64,000 nt of DNA from a virus. Taxonomy: Duplodnaviria; Caudoviricetes. Under the pieces are notes generated by a model. The model did no database searches and was not told the origin of the DNA. It worked only from the letters and a program-made list of their open reading frames with translations. Where the stretch lies: the IMG/VR virus record IMGVR_UViG_3300047672_000041, positions 6,008 to 70,007 of that record; one strand, 5' to 3'. This document shows positions 8,761 through 17,103 of the stretch, piece after piece (position 1 is the stretch's first letter; every line of letters starts with the position of its first letter). A program made the translations under genes and the position numbers.

Positions 8761-8957
8761 GCCCCGACGACATCCGCCCCGGCCTCCAGGTGATCGCCAC
8801 CGACGCGTTCGGGCAGGATCACCCCGGCGTCGTCACACGCGGCCCCGTCGCCCCGCGCGGCAAGGGCAGCTTCTGGAAGGCCTTCGTACGGATCAACGAC
8901 GACGAGATCCCGTGGCCGGTCGAGTCGCTCCGCACCGGACAGGAGATCACGCCATGA
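8757..8957 (+). CDS. hypothetical protein (SH3-like pattern)
   Basis: ATGA coupling. Confidence 0.6.
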   Translation: MSPDDIRPGLQVIATDAFGQDHPGVVTRGPVAPRGKGSFWKAFVRINDDEIPWPVESLRTGQEITP

Positions 8958-9157
8958 CCGAAGCGCACGAGCTGCCCTACCACCCCCGCGACTCCGTCCT
9001 CGTCCGCCGCATGATCGAACTCGCCGTCGACGAGACCCACGTTGCCGAGCGCCACCGCAAGGGCACCTGCTGGTGCCTGGTCCAGGGCGGCGGCGGCATG
9101 AAATCCGCCCGCCACACCCGCCAGTACCCCGTCCCCCGGTTCGGGGCGACACCATGA
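8954..9157 (+). CDS. hypothetical protein
   Basis: AGGAG RBS; coupling; H..CWC motif. Confidence 0.6.
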   Translation: MTEAHELPYHPRDSVLVRRMIELAVDETHVAERHRKGTCWCLVQGGGGMKSARHTRQYPVPRFGATP

Positions 9158-9378
9158 GGCGCTACCGCAGCAGCGCCCACCGCCAACTGGAGGAAGCCGT
9201 GCGCGCCGCCCGGGGCACCTGCGAACCCGCCGGGTCGGGCAAGATCCGCATCACCGGGCCCACCGGCTCCATCACCATCTACGCCCCCGGCGGCGACACC
9301 CGCCGCGACCTCCGCCGCTCCAACGCCGCCCGGAAGATCGCCGAGAAGACGGGCCTCGTCCTGGGGGACAAGCGATGA
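9154..9378 (+). CDS. small basic hypothetical protein
   Basis: ATGA coupling on both sides. Confidence 0.6.
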   Translation: MRRYRSSAHRQLEEAVRAARGTCEPAGSGKIRITGPTGSITIYAPGGDTRRDLRRSNAARKIAEKTGLVLGDKR

Positions 9379-9653
9379 CCCGGCCGCGCCTCAACCTCGA
9401 CGAGGAGGGCTGGCTGCGGGTCATCACCACCGGCGTCACCGTCGCCGCCCTCGCCGTCTGCGCCGGATTCCTCGGCGCCCCCCCGGCCCTCATCGCGGCC
9501 GGGCTCGCCGTCCTCGCCGGAGCCCCGGCCGTCTGGCTGTGGCACCGCCACCTCGACGACCTCACCAACCGCCGCACCCTCGCCAACGCACCCGTCTACG
9601 ACCAGCCCCACCCGGCCGCCGACATCCGGCCCGCCGTCGACCGCGCCGTCTAA
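9375..9653 (+). CDS. membrane protein (2 TM)
   Basis: Two hydrophobic segments. Confidence 0.65.
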   Translation: MTRPRLNLDEEGWLRVITTGVTVAALAVCAGFLGAPPALIAAGLAVLAGAPAVWLWHRHLDDLTNRRTLANAPVYDQPHPAADIRPAVDRAV

Positions 9654-9662
9654 GGAGACCTC

Positions 9663-9839
9663 ATGGCCCGCACCCCGAAAGCCGCCCGCCAGTACAACAA
9701 GGCCGACCAGGCCGAGGCCCGCGCCAAGGCCAAGGACCACGGCAGCCCCGCCCACGGCCGCGCCATCGACAACGTCAACGCCAAGGTCAAGGCCTACGAC
9801 AAGGCCTACCGGCGCGCCACCAAGCGCGGCCACGAATAG
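9663..9839 (+). CDS. 58-aa basic protein; not in ORF track
   Basis: AAGGAG RBS; MARTPKAARQYNKADQAEARAK... Confidence 0.65.
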   Translation: MARTPKAARQYNKADQAEARAKAKDHGSPAHGRAIDNVNAKVKAYDKAYRRATKRGHE

Positions 9840-9849
9840 GAGACCGGCC

Positions 9850-9996
9850 ATGCAGAAGATCACCGTCACCGCCAACGCCCCCGACGACGCCGCCGACCCC
9901 GACCACGACACCGGCCTCAACAGCGACGCCTACAACGACCTGCTCGACGCCCTCATGGAACTCGGCTACGACGACGTCGACATCACCCGGTCATGA
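9850..9996 (+). CDS. 48-aa acidic protein; not in ORF track
   Basis: AGGAG RBS; MQKITVTANAPDD...; stop overlaps next ATG. Confidence 0.6.
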   Translation: MQKITVTANAPDDAADPDHDTGLNSDAYNDLLDALMELGYDDVDITRS

Positions 9997-10286
9997 GCGA
10001 CTGGGTCCTCGGCGGACTCCCCGCCCTGTCCATCACCGGGCTCACCCTGATGACCCTCATGGTCATCGGCGTCCCCGGCGCCGCAGCGGGGGGCGTCGCC
10101 TGCGCCGGGCTCGCCGCCGGGTTGGGCGCCGCCGGGGGGCTCCACGTCGTGCGCACCCGCCGCCCCCTCTGGCAGGCCGCCGCCGCCGCCCGCGCCCGCA
10201 TCCCGTTCGGGGCGTGGTGCTACCACTGCAAGGCCTGGACCGAGCACGAGCTGGCCACCGGCTGCACCGAATGCGGGCGACGATGA
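9993..10286 (+). CDS. membrane protein with C-terminal Zn ribbon
   Basis: 2 TM segments plus CYHC and CTEC. Confidence 0.65.
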   Translation: MSDWVLGGLPALSITGLTLMTLMVIGVPGAAAGGVACAGLAAGLGAAGGLHVVRTRRPLWQAAAAARARIPFGAWCYHCKAWTEHELATGCTECGRR

Positions 10287-10501
10287 TGCGCCGGGTCCGC
10301 CTCGTCGAGCCGTACTGGCACGACGTCGCCGAGGTCGGCGTCGTGGTCGAGCCCGCGCCCGGCGACGACCCGGAGCCTCGCTGCCTGGGCAAGGTCACGC
10401 CCGGCCGCTGGGTGCTGGTCGAGTGGCCCGCCCACCCGGACCGGGGGATCTCCGGCGCCCGGTTCTGGGAGCGCGCCGACGCGGTGCGGGAGCGACGATG
10501 A
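10283..10501 (+). CDS. hypothetical protein
   Basis: Coupled ORF MMRRVRLVEPYW... Confidence 0.55.
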   Translation: MMRRVRLVEPYWHDVAEVGVVVEPAPGDDPEPRCLGKVTPGRWVLVEWPAHPDRGISGARFWERADAVRERR

Positions 10502-10653
10502 CCGGCCCGGTCCTCGCCCTACTCGCGTTCGCGGGCGCCATGGTGTGGCTGTCGACCATCGCCCCCGGCGCAGCCAACGCAGCCATCGGCGCACTGCTGC
10601 TCGCGGGCTTCCTGGCGATCCTCGAAGCCGTGGACTGGGTGAGGGACCGATGA
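10498..10653 (+). CDS. small membrane protein (2 TM)
   Basis: Hydrophobic; coupled. Confidence 0.6.
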   Translation: MTGPVLALLAFAGAMVWLSTIAPGAANAAIGALLLAGFLAILEAVDWVRDR

Positions 10654-11072
10654 TCGCCGACAGCGTGATCCTGACCGTCTACCTCGCCGTCGCCGCCCTC
10701 GGCCTCCTCGCCGCCATCGGCGTCGTCGCCTACAGCCAGGCCCGGGAACGCGAAGGCGAACGCGGCCTACCCGACCCGCTGTTCGGCGACACCCTGGACG
10801 GGTCCGACATCATATCGGGCGCCCTCGCGGCGGCCATGTGGCCGGTCGCCCTCGTCGTCGGCGCGGTGTGGGCCGCCTACCGGGGGCTGGTCCGGCTCCT
10901 GCGGATCCGGGTCCGCGCCGGGCTGGCCGCGCGCCGCCAGGCAGCCGACCGGCAGCGCGAACGCGAGGCGGCCGAGGCGCAGAGCCGGGAGCTGCTCGAT
11001 CAGATCATCGCGGCCACCGGCGACCCGCACGAGCGCCACCAGCTCCGGATCGTCCGCGACGGCCTCCGGTGA
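10650..11072 (+). CDS. membrane protein (2 TM plus coiled coil)
   Basis: Hydrophobic segments; coupled. Confidence 0.65.
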   Translation: MIADSVILTVYLAVAALGLLAAIGVVAYSQAREREGERGLPDPLFGDTLDGSDIISGALAAAMWPVALVVGAVWAAYRGLVRLLRIRVRAGLAARRQAADRQREREAAEAQSRELLDQIIAATGDPHERHQLRIVRDGLR

Positions 11073-11135
11073 TCATTGTGACTGGCAGTCAGAAACCCGT
11101 TCAAGATCGCCACCCTGTGTGAAAGGTGCTGATCA

Positions 11136-11696
11136 GTGCCGCCGCCGCCCCCGCCGCCGGACGCGTGCCGTCGGGCTGCCGAGCTGTGGGCGGCACACCA
11201 CCCCTACGCCGAGGTCGCGGAGATCCTGCGCTCTGAGGGCTACGACGGGCGGCACCCGCCGCTGCCCCGCTGCGGGTCCCCGACGACCGCGCTCAACTGG
11301 GCGCAGCGGCACCGCAACGAGGCCGTCGCGGGCGAGAACTACGCCGCTGCGCTGGACCGCGACGACGGCCGCCTCGTGCTGGCCGACGCCATCCTGCGGG
11401 ACTGGACCCGGATCGACCGGGGGTATGAGACCGACGAACTCACCCTGGAGAAGATGCTCGACCTCAAGCTGCGATTGCTCTACCCGGCGTTCGCCCGGCT
11501 GATCGGGGCGAACGCGGCGACCCAGATCGCGGTGTCCGGGAGTCTCACCCCGCCCGCGCCGGACCCGGCCGGGTTGGCGTCGTTGGATGCGACGGTGGAG
11601 CAGGCCCGCCGCGATGATGAGACGGCGGCGTTCGAGCGTGGGGTGGCGGAGCGCGCGGCGCGGCGGCGGCGGGCGCGGGAGGACGAGGGCGCATGA
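11136..11696 (+). CDS. putative terminase small subunit (orphan pair)
   Basis: N-terminal HTH-like RAAELWAAHHPYAEVAEIL; GAAAGG RBS; ATGA overlap with TerL. Confidence 0.55.
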   Translation: MPPPPPPPDACRRAAELWAAHHPYAEVAEILRSEGYDGRHPPLPRCGSPTTALNWAQRHRNEAVAGENYAAALDRDDGRLVLADAILRDWTRIDRGYETDELTLEKMLDLKLRLLYPAFARLIGANAATQIAVSGSLTPPAPDPAGLASLDATVEQARRDDETAAFERGVAERAARRRRAREDEGA

Positions 11697-13180
11697 CGTT
11701 GGCGTTGGCGGCGGGGATCCGGGAGGCGGCCGAGGCGACCCAGTTCCCGCCGGGGACCGACGCGCGGCGGCTGCTGATGCCGTTGCGGACGCCGTCGGTG
11801 GAGCTGGCCGAGCCGGGGTGGCGCCGTCGGATCACCCGCGCCTCCCCGTTGATCTTCGCGATGACGTATCTGCCGCACTACCTGCGGCAGTCCGACACCG
11901 GGCGACCGTCGGTGTCGCGGCTGCATCTGGATCTGTGTGTGGCCGGGGAGGATCTGCTGGTGCCGGGGCCGTCGCGGGATGTGTGGGTGGCGCCCCGCGA
12001 GTCGGGCAAGTCGGTGTGGCTGATGGTGATCCTCCCGTTGTGGGCGTTGGCGCACGGGCACACCCGGTTCGCGGTGCTGTTCTCCTACACGGCCGGGCAG
12101 GCGCGCGGGCATCTGGCGAACCTGTTGGGGGAGTTGCGGACCAACCAGCTTCTGTTGTGGGACTTCCCGGAGCTGCGGATCGCGGGCGGGTCGATGACCA
12201 CCCGGTTCGAGCTGGGCGGCGGGGGGGCGGTCGCGGCCCGGGGGATGGGCGAGACGTCGCAGGGGATCCGGGCGCACGCGGACCGGCCGACGTTGATGAT
12301 CGGGGACGATCTGGAGCCGGGGGAGGCGCGGAACACCCTGGCCGAGGTCGGGCAGCAGCAGTCGCGGCTGTTGCACAACATCCTGCCGATGAACTCCCGC
12401 GCCGTGGTGTGGATCAACGGCACGGTCACGATGTACGACAGCCTGATCCACCAGTTCGTGCACGCCATCAAGGGCCGGGCCGGGGTGGAGTGGGTGCGGG
12501 CCAACCGGTTCCGGGTGCACCACTATCCGGCGCTGGACGACCTGGGGCGGTCGTTGTGGGAGCAGCGGTGGACGACGGAGTGGCTGCGCCGGGAACGCGA
12601 GGCCGACCCCCACGGCTACGGCCTGAACTACGACTGTGACCCGGAGAAGCCGGTGCACCAACGGTTCTGGGAGCCGGACACGTTCCGGTACAACTCCCGG
12701 TTCCACGTCGCGGAGCGGGTGCTGTACATCGATCCGGCGGTGTCGTCGCGGGCGTCGTCGGACTTCACGGTGCTGGCGATGGCGGCGGCCGACCCCGGTC
12801 GGCGGCGGGCGCTGGTGGAGCGGTGCGAGTGGGGGCAGTGGAACCCGCCGCAGGTCCGGGAGCTGATCCACGACTTCTGCGCCCCGTGCGTGATCAAACC
12901 GGTGGTGCTGGTCGAGGGCAACAACGGCGGGGAGGCGCTGCTCGACGCCTACAGCCCGTGGCCGGTCGACGTCGAGTACCGCCTAGTCCACTCGTCGGTG
13001 TCGAAGCGGATGCGGATCGAGTGGGGGTTCAGCCACTACCGGCGTCGCGCGGTGGATCATCCGTGGGAGTTGCCGGAGCTGGAGCGGATCCTGTGCGAGT
13101 GGCCGCGCGGCGCGCACGATGACGTCCCGGACGCGGTCGCGGGGGCGCTGCTGCACCTGTGGCCCCGCGTGGAGGGCTAG
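11693..13180 (+). CDS. terL: terminase large subunit no. 1 (orphan; Terminase_6/6C type)
   Basis: Walker A APRESGKS, Walker B LMIGDDLE, nuclease YIDPA...SDFT...HDDVPDA. Confidence 0.9.
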   Translation: MTLALAAGIREAAEATQFPPGTDARRLLMPLRTPSVELAEPGWRRRITRASPLIFAMTYLPHYLRQSDTGRPSVSRLHLDLCVAGEDLLVPGPSRDVWVAPRESGKSVWLMVILPLWALAHGHTRFAVLFSYTAGQARGHLANLLGELRTNQLLLWDFPELRIAGGSMTTRFELGGGGAVAARGMGETSQGIRAHADRPTLMIGDDLEPGEARNTLAEVGQQQSRLLHNILPMNSRAVVWINGTVTMYDSLIHQFVHAIKGRAGVEWVRANRFRVHHYPALDDLGRSLWEQRWTTEWLRREREADPHGYGLNYDCDPEKPVHQRFWEPDTFRYNSRFHVAERVLYIDPAVSSRASSDFTVLAMAAADPGRRRALVERCEWGQWNPPQVRELIHDFCAPCVIKPVVLVEGNNGGEALLDAYSPWPVDVEYRLVHSSVSKRMRIEWGFSHYRRRAVDHPWELPELERILCEWPRGAHDDVPDAVAGALLHLWPRVEG

Positions 13181-13533
13181 CGGAACAGCTCGCCCTGCTG
13201 CCCGACCGGCACCTCGGCCGGGACGATCAGGCCCTCGCCCTTGCGGTACACCTGGGCGCTGCGACCGGTGCGGGTGGCGCGACGGTCGCCCTTGATCCAG
13301 CCGATCTGCTCGTCCCGTTTCAGTTCGGTGATCCGCGCGGAGCAGGTCTGGTGGCTGATGCCCAGCCGTAGCTCGACCTCGTCGCAGGTGGCGCCGTCGG
13401 CGCAGCGTTCGATGTGGTCCTGGACGCGGCGGCGTTCCGTCGCGCGGATCTCGGCCGGAGTGTGCTCGTGCGCGGCCCGGCTGTACTCGTTACCGCCGTG
13501 GTAGTGGCGGGTGATGTCGTCGTCGCGGCTCAC
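13177..13533 (-). CDS. winged-HTH DNA-binding protein
   Basis: GATCDEVELRLGISHQTCSARITEL...TRTGRSAQVY. Confidence 0.7.
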   Translation of the reverse strand: MSRDDDITRHYHGGNEYSRAAHEHTPAEIRATERRRVQDHIERCADGATCDEVELRLGISHQTCSARITELKRDEQIGWIKGDRRATRTGRSAQVYRKGEGLIVPAEVPVGQQGELFR

Positions 13534-13567
13534 GGGCTGACAGCCTCCTCCGTCAGGTCACACGGCG

Positions 13568-13594
13568 CGGCCCCCGGTCGGTGACCGGGGGCCG
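13568..13594. terminator. hairpin, putative terminator
   Basis: 12-bp perfect inverted repeat CGGCCCCCGGTC with 3-nt loop. Confidence 0.6.
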
Positions 13595-13617
13595 TGGGTC
13601 GTGCGGGCGGAGGGGGC

Positions 13618-14106
13618 CTAGCGGCGCGGCGCCAGCATCTCCTCGATCTGGTCGCGGTCCATCCCCAGCGACGAGCCGATGGCGGTCATGAACCCCTTCA
13701 CCGCCTCCTGGGCGCGCACGGTGCCCATGGTGGCGCTGGTCGCGAGCGGCCGGAGGTGACCCATCCCGACCCGTTCCAGCATCCGCTCCCACTCCTCGGT
13801 GACGGTCTCCTCGGTGTAGAGCCGGGTCAAGATGTGCTTGGCGTTCTGCAGGACGTCAAGCTGCGCCGTCTGATGGTCGTCGACCAGCGAGTACCCGGAG
13901 TAGCGGCCCCGCTCGATCAGGATGGCCATGCGGTCGTTGCGGCGCTGGGTGCGCAGCACCTGCCACCCGTTGCGGACCTGGTAACGGGTCAGCCCGGTCC
14001 GGTCGGCTAGCTGACTGATGTGCAGCTCGGCGCCGCCGATCCGGTATAGCGCGTCGTAGATCAGGTCGGCGGCCATGTCGGGGCTGACGCGGGGTCGGGG
14101 GCTCAT
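13618..14106 (-). CDS. HTH-containing hypothetical protein
   Basis: LHISQLADRTGLTRYQVRNGW. Confidence 0.7.
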   Translation of the reverse strand: MSPRPRVSPDMAADLIYDALYRIGGAELHISQLADRTGLTRYQVRNGWQVLRTQRRNDRMAILIERGRYSGYSLVDDHQTAQLDVLQNAKHILTRLYTEETVTEEWERMLERVGMGHLRPLATSATMGTVRAQEAVKGFMTAIGSSLGMDRDQIEEMLAPRR

Positions 14107-14966
14107 GCTTCGGCCTCCAGCAGCGCGCGCAGCTCGTCGTCGAGGTCGCCGCCGTCGATGCACCGGCGGAGCGCGTCGAGCCACATGCCGAGCTGGTCGG
14201 CCTCGGGGGTGAAGCGGCGCCGCTCGTCTTCGGTGAGGTCGACGCCGACGAGGGAGTCGACGGCGATCCGGGCGCTGACCGTGGCGCGCAGGAGGTGGTC
14301 CAGCGCGACGACGAGCCGGGCGTGGCGTTCCCGGTCCGGGTTGGGCCCGATCGGCTCCGAGCCGATCAGACCCTCGGCGCGGGCCCGCCGGGCGCGCTCC
14401 ACGATCTCGTCCTGGTGGGCCCGCTCGGTCTCGCGGACATGGTGGACGACGGCCGGGGCGGCGGCCACCTCGCGGGCCACGGTCGGGTCGTCCTCGACCA
14501 TGCGCCGGACCTGCTTGGCCCGATGGACCGGGGGCAGCTCGTCGAGGAGGGTCTGGGCGACCTCCGCCTTCCGCTCGGGCGAGTCATTCTTGTAGGCGCG
14601 CCGGAACTCGTCGTGCGAGGTACCGGGCCACTCGAACTCGGCCGGGGGCAGTTCTACGTCGGTGTCCCCGGGCGCGACGCTGGTCACGTGCCCGGCGTCG
14701 ATGGCGGACTGCCAGGCCTGCCGGTACTTGCGGACGGTGTCCTGGCTCACCAGACCTTTGAACCCCTGCCGGGCGAACTCTCGGACCGGCATCGGGAAAG
14801 AATGCACCACTTCTAGTGCATTCTTTGGCGGCTGACCCGGTCCATCGTTCGTGGTGAACGCCCACACGATGGCGGCGCGCTCCCATTTGCGGGCGGTCAG
14901 GAGTTTGTCCAGCCCGGCGAGCCGGGTGGTCAACTTCTCCGGAGTCGGGATGTTGAACGTGGTCAT
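14103..14966 (-). CDS. hypothetical protein (probable DNA-binding)
   Basis: 287-aa coupled ORF; VREFARQGFKGLVSQDTVRKYR resembles an HTH. Confidence 0.75.
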   Translation of the reverse strand: MTTFNIPTPEKLTTRLAGLDKLLTARKWERAAIVWAFTTNDGPGQPPKNALEVVHSFPMPVREFARQGFKGLVSQDTVRKYRQAWQSAIDAGHVTSVAPGDTDVELPPAEFEWPGTSHDEFRRAYKNDSPERKAEVAQTLLDELPPVHRAKQVRRMVEDDPTVAREVAAAPAVVHHVRETERAHQDEIVERARRARAEGLIGSEPIGPNPDRERHARLVVALDHLLRATVSARIAVDSLVGVDLTEDERRRFTPEADQLGMWLDALRRCIDGGDLDDELRALLEAEA

Positions 14967-15253
14967 TCGGTGGTCTCCTCGGTGATGTTCGTCAGTGCGT
15001 CCCGGACTCCCGCCACGGCGGTGTCGTGTTCCAGCGCGAGGCTTTCCTTGGTCGCGATGCGTTCCAGTTCGGTCTGGATGTGTAGCTCGCGGTCGATAGT
15101 GGATTGCCGCTGGGTCTCGACTCGGAGCCCCACCTCGATGAGGTAGGTGACGGCCCCGGTCACGGTGCGGTGAGTGCGGATCGCGTAGTCGGTGACCGCC
15201 TGGTGGAGGTCGGCGGGCACCCGTGGGTGCAGGGATTTCGTTGGTGTCCCCAT
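14963..15253 (-). CDS. ribbon-helix-helix (Arc-like) regulator
   Basis: KSLHPRVPADLHQAVTDYAIRTHRTVTGAVTYLIEVGL. Confidence 0.7.
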   Translation of the reverse strand: MGTPTKSLHPRVPADLHQAVTDYAIRTHRTVTGAVTYLIEVGLRVETQRQSTIDRELHIQTELERIATKESLALEHDTAVAGVRDALTNITEETTE

Positions 15254-15292
15254 GCGCCCAGACTATAGCGGTGCGCTCCCGGCCGGGAGCGC
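15254..15292 (-). promoter_or_regulatory. leaderless promoter (TATAGT) with adjacent 20-bp palindrome
   Basis: TATAGT 8 nt before ATG; GCGCTCCCGGCCGGGAGCGC at 15273-15292. Confidence 0.6.
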
Positions 15293-15299
15293 GGTGGTA

Positions 15300-15557
15300 T
15301 CACCCGGGGGGCCGCCGGAGGCCCGCGCGGAGGGCGCCGAGGCGGGGCAGCATCCAGCACGTCCAGCTCGCCGACGCGAGCAGCGAGGCGCAGCCCCACC
15401 CGACCATGACCCAGTACCAGACAGCGCCGTAGAAGTCGGGCCCACCGGCGGCGGCGGCGCTGACGAAGACGGTGAGGGCGCCGATGACGGTGACGAAGTG
15501 CCCGATGACGGTCCGGCGCAGGGCCCGGTCGAGCGGGGTCGGCAGTGGGCGGGTCAT
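15300..15557 (-). CDS. membrane protein (2 TM)
   Basis: Hydrophobic segments; coupled. Confidence 0.6.
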   Translation of the reverse strand: MTRPLPTPLDRALRRTVIGHFVTVIGALTVFVSAAAAGGPDFYGAVWYWVMVGWGCASLLASASWTCWMLPRLGALRAGLRRPPG

Positions 15558-15832
15558 GGCAGCGTCGGCCAGGGCAGCGGCGGGGACTCCAGCTGCAGCA
15601 CCCGGAGGATGCACGTCGGCCAGCCGACCCGGTTGCCGCAGACGTCGACGCCGTGGGCGGCGGCGCCCTCCTGGCTGAGCCAGACCAGTTGGCGGGCGGC
15701 CTCGCGGCGTTCGATCCAGCCGGGGACGGCGACGTCGCACGGGTCGACGCCGTGGGCGCGGAGCCACTCGCACCAGATGCGGCGCTCGGGTTCGGGTGGG
15801 AGCCGGTCGAACTCGACGGCGTCGGGGGTCAT
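15554..15832 (-). CDS. hypothetical protein
   Basis: MTPDAVEF...; ATGA coupling. Confidence 0.6.
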   Translation of the reverse strand: MTPDAVEFDRLPPEPERRIWCEWLRAHGVDPCDVAVPGWIERREAARQLVWLSQEGAAAHGVDVCGNRVGWPTCILRVLQLESPPLPWPTLP

Positions 15833-15981
15833 GGGCCGGTGGGGATGGTGAGCAGCCCGACGACGGCGAACAGGATCACCAGGACGAAGGCGCTGAGGAA
15901 GATCCACCCGATCAGGGAGGCGAGGGCGCGGAGGGGCCGGTGGGGGCGCAGGCCCGGCCGCCGGTCGGGCGGCCGGGTCAT
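15829..15981 (-). CDS. small membrane protein (1 TM)
   Basis: Basic N-terminus plus hydrophobic helix. Confidence 0.55.
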   Translation of the reverse strand: MTRPPDRRPGLRPHRPLRALASLIGWIFLSAFVLVILFAVVGLLTIPTGP

Positions 15982-16478
15982 CAGCCCGCGTCGCCCTGCT
16001 TGGCGTCTTCGGCCTGTCGGCGGATGATCTGCGCGCGCAGCGCGGCGGGGCTGGTGCCGGTGAGTTCGGCCGACGCGATGGACTCGCGGACCAGCTTGGC
16101 CGAGAGGCGCCCGCGTCCGGCCGGGGCGACGTACTGCCCCCGGCCGGGGTACCAGACGCGACTCGCGACGGGCCGGTAGCGGGTGCGGCGCCCGATCCGG
16201 TAGCTCTCCCACGTCTCGACCCGCTCGGCGCATTCGCAGGTCGGGCAGCGCAGGCGGCGCAGGAACAGCCCGTCGTCGGTGTAGTCGGTGAAGTGGATTC
16301 CGTCGCGGACCGAGGGCCAGTCGTGGCGGCCCCGTTCGCGGCAGGTGAGGATGCCGGGGGTGGCGGCGTCGACGTAGGCGTCGACGTCGCCGGTGTCCAT
16401 GGGCCCGACGATGTCGACCCAGTCACCTCGGGCGGCCTCGCCTTGGATGGAGCGCAGGGACATCGCGGGCTCACTCAT
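15981..16478 (-). CDS. hypothetical Zn-binding phage protein
   Basis: CRERGRH and CPTC motifs. Confidence 0.7.
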   Translation of the reverse strand: MSEPAMSLRSIQGEAARGDWVDIVGPMDTGDVDAYVDAATPGILTCRERGRHDWPSVRDGIHFTDYTDDGLFLRRLRCPTCECAERVETWESYRIGRRTRYRPVASRVWYPGRGQYVAPAGRGRLSAKLVRESIASAELTGTSPAALRAQIIRRQAEDAKQGDAG

Positions 16479-16544
16479 CGGGGGCCGTCGCGAGGGGAGT
16501 GTGCGGCATGGCGCGGACTATATCGGCCCCTGGCGGCACGCGAA

Positions 16545-16588
16545 ACGGCCCCCCGACCGGCACCGGCGGGGTGCGGTCGGGGGGCCGT
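16545..16588 (-). terminator. terminator closing the lysis cassette
   Basis: 15-bp arms ACGGCCCCCCGACCG plus inner stem; followed by TTT on minus strand. Confidence 0.7.
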
Positions 16589-16649
16589 GGGGCGTGCCCT
16601 CGGGGGGCTTAGGGCACGAGAGCCGGGGAGCGGCGGACGGACCGAACCG

Positions 16650-17006
16650 TCACGCCGCCGTGGGTCCCGCCGCAGCGGGGGGGACGACGTGCTGGTTCGG
16701 CACCGAGAACACCGCAATCGCGCCGACGAGGGCAGTGATGATCTGGATCCATTCGCCAGGCGAGATGTTGGAGTCGCTGAGCGCGCTCACCGCGACCACC
16801 CCACCGGCGGTGATGACGGCGGCGACGGTCTTGGCGATGGGCCAGCCGGGCAGGTTGGCCGCGTTGTAGGTCTGGATCGCGCCGAGCGCCAGCAGCACCA
16901 CGTTGATCCAGCCGACGAGCCCGAGCGGCCCCCCGGCGATGAGCCCGGGGAGCACCCCGGCCAGGACGGCGGCCAGCACGGCGCACAGGGCCTTGGCGAC
17001 GGTCAT
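16650..17006 (-). CDS. holin-like membrane protein
   Basis: About 4 hydrophobic segments; downstream of endolysins. Confidence 0.7.
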   Translation of the reverse strand: MTVAKALCAVLAAVLAGVLPGLIAGGPLGLVGWINVVLLALGAIQTYNAANLPGWPIAKTVAAVITAGGVVAVSALSDSNISPGEWIQIITALVGAIAVFSVPNQHVVPPAAAGPTAA

Positions 17007-17103
17007 GGGGGCTCCTCGTGATCGGTGCGGTGTGCTGGACGCAACTCCCGCTGAGCAGACCGGGGTTCGCTTTCGGCTGGTGGGCGCGGCTACCGTGACA
17101 GCA

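Noticed and set aside
9154-9378. HicA-like toxin
   Set aside because: Size and GSGKIRITG pattern are suggestive, but the catalytic His is absent and there is no HicB neighbour.
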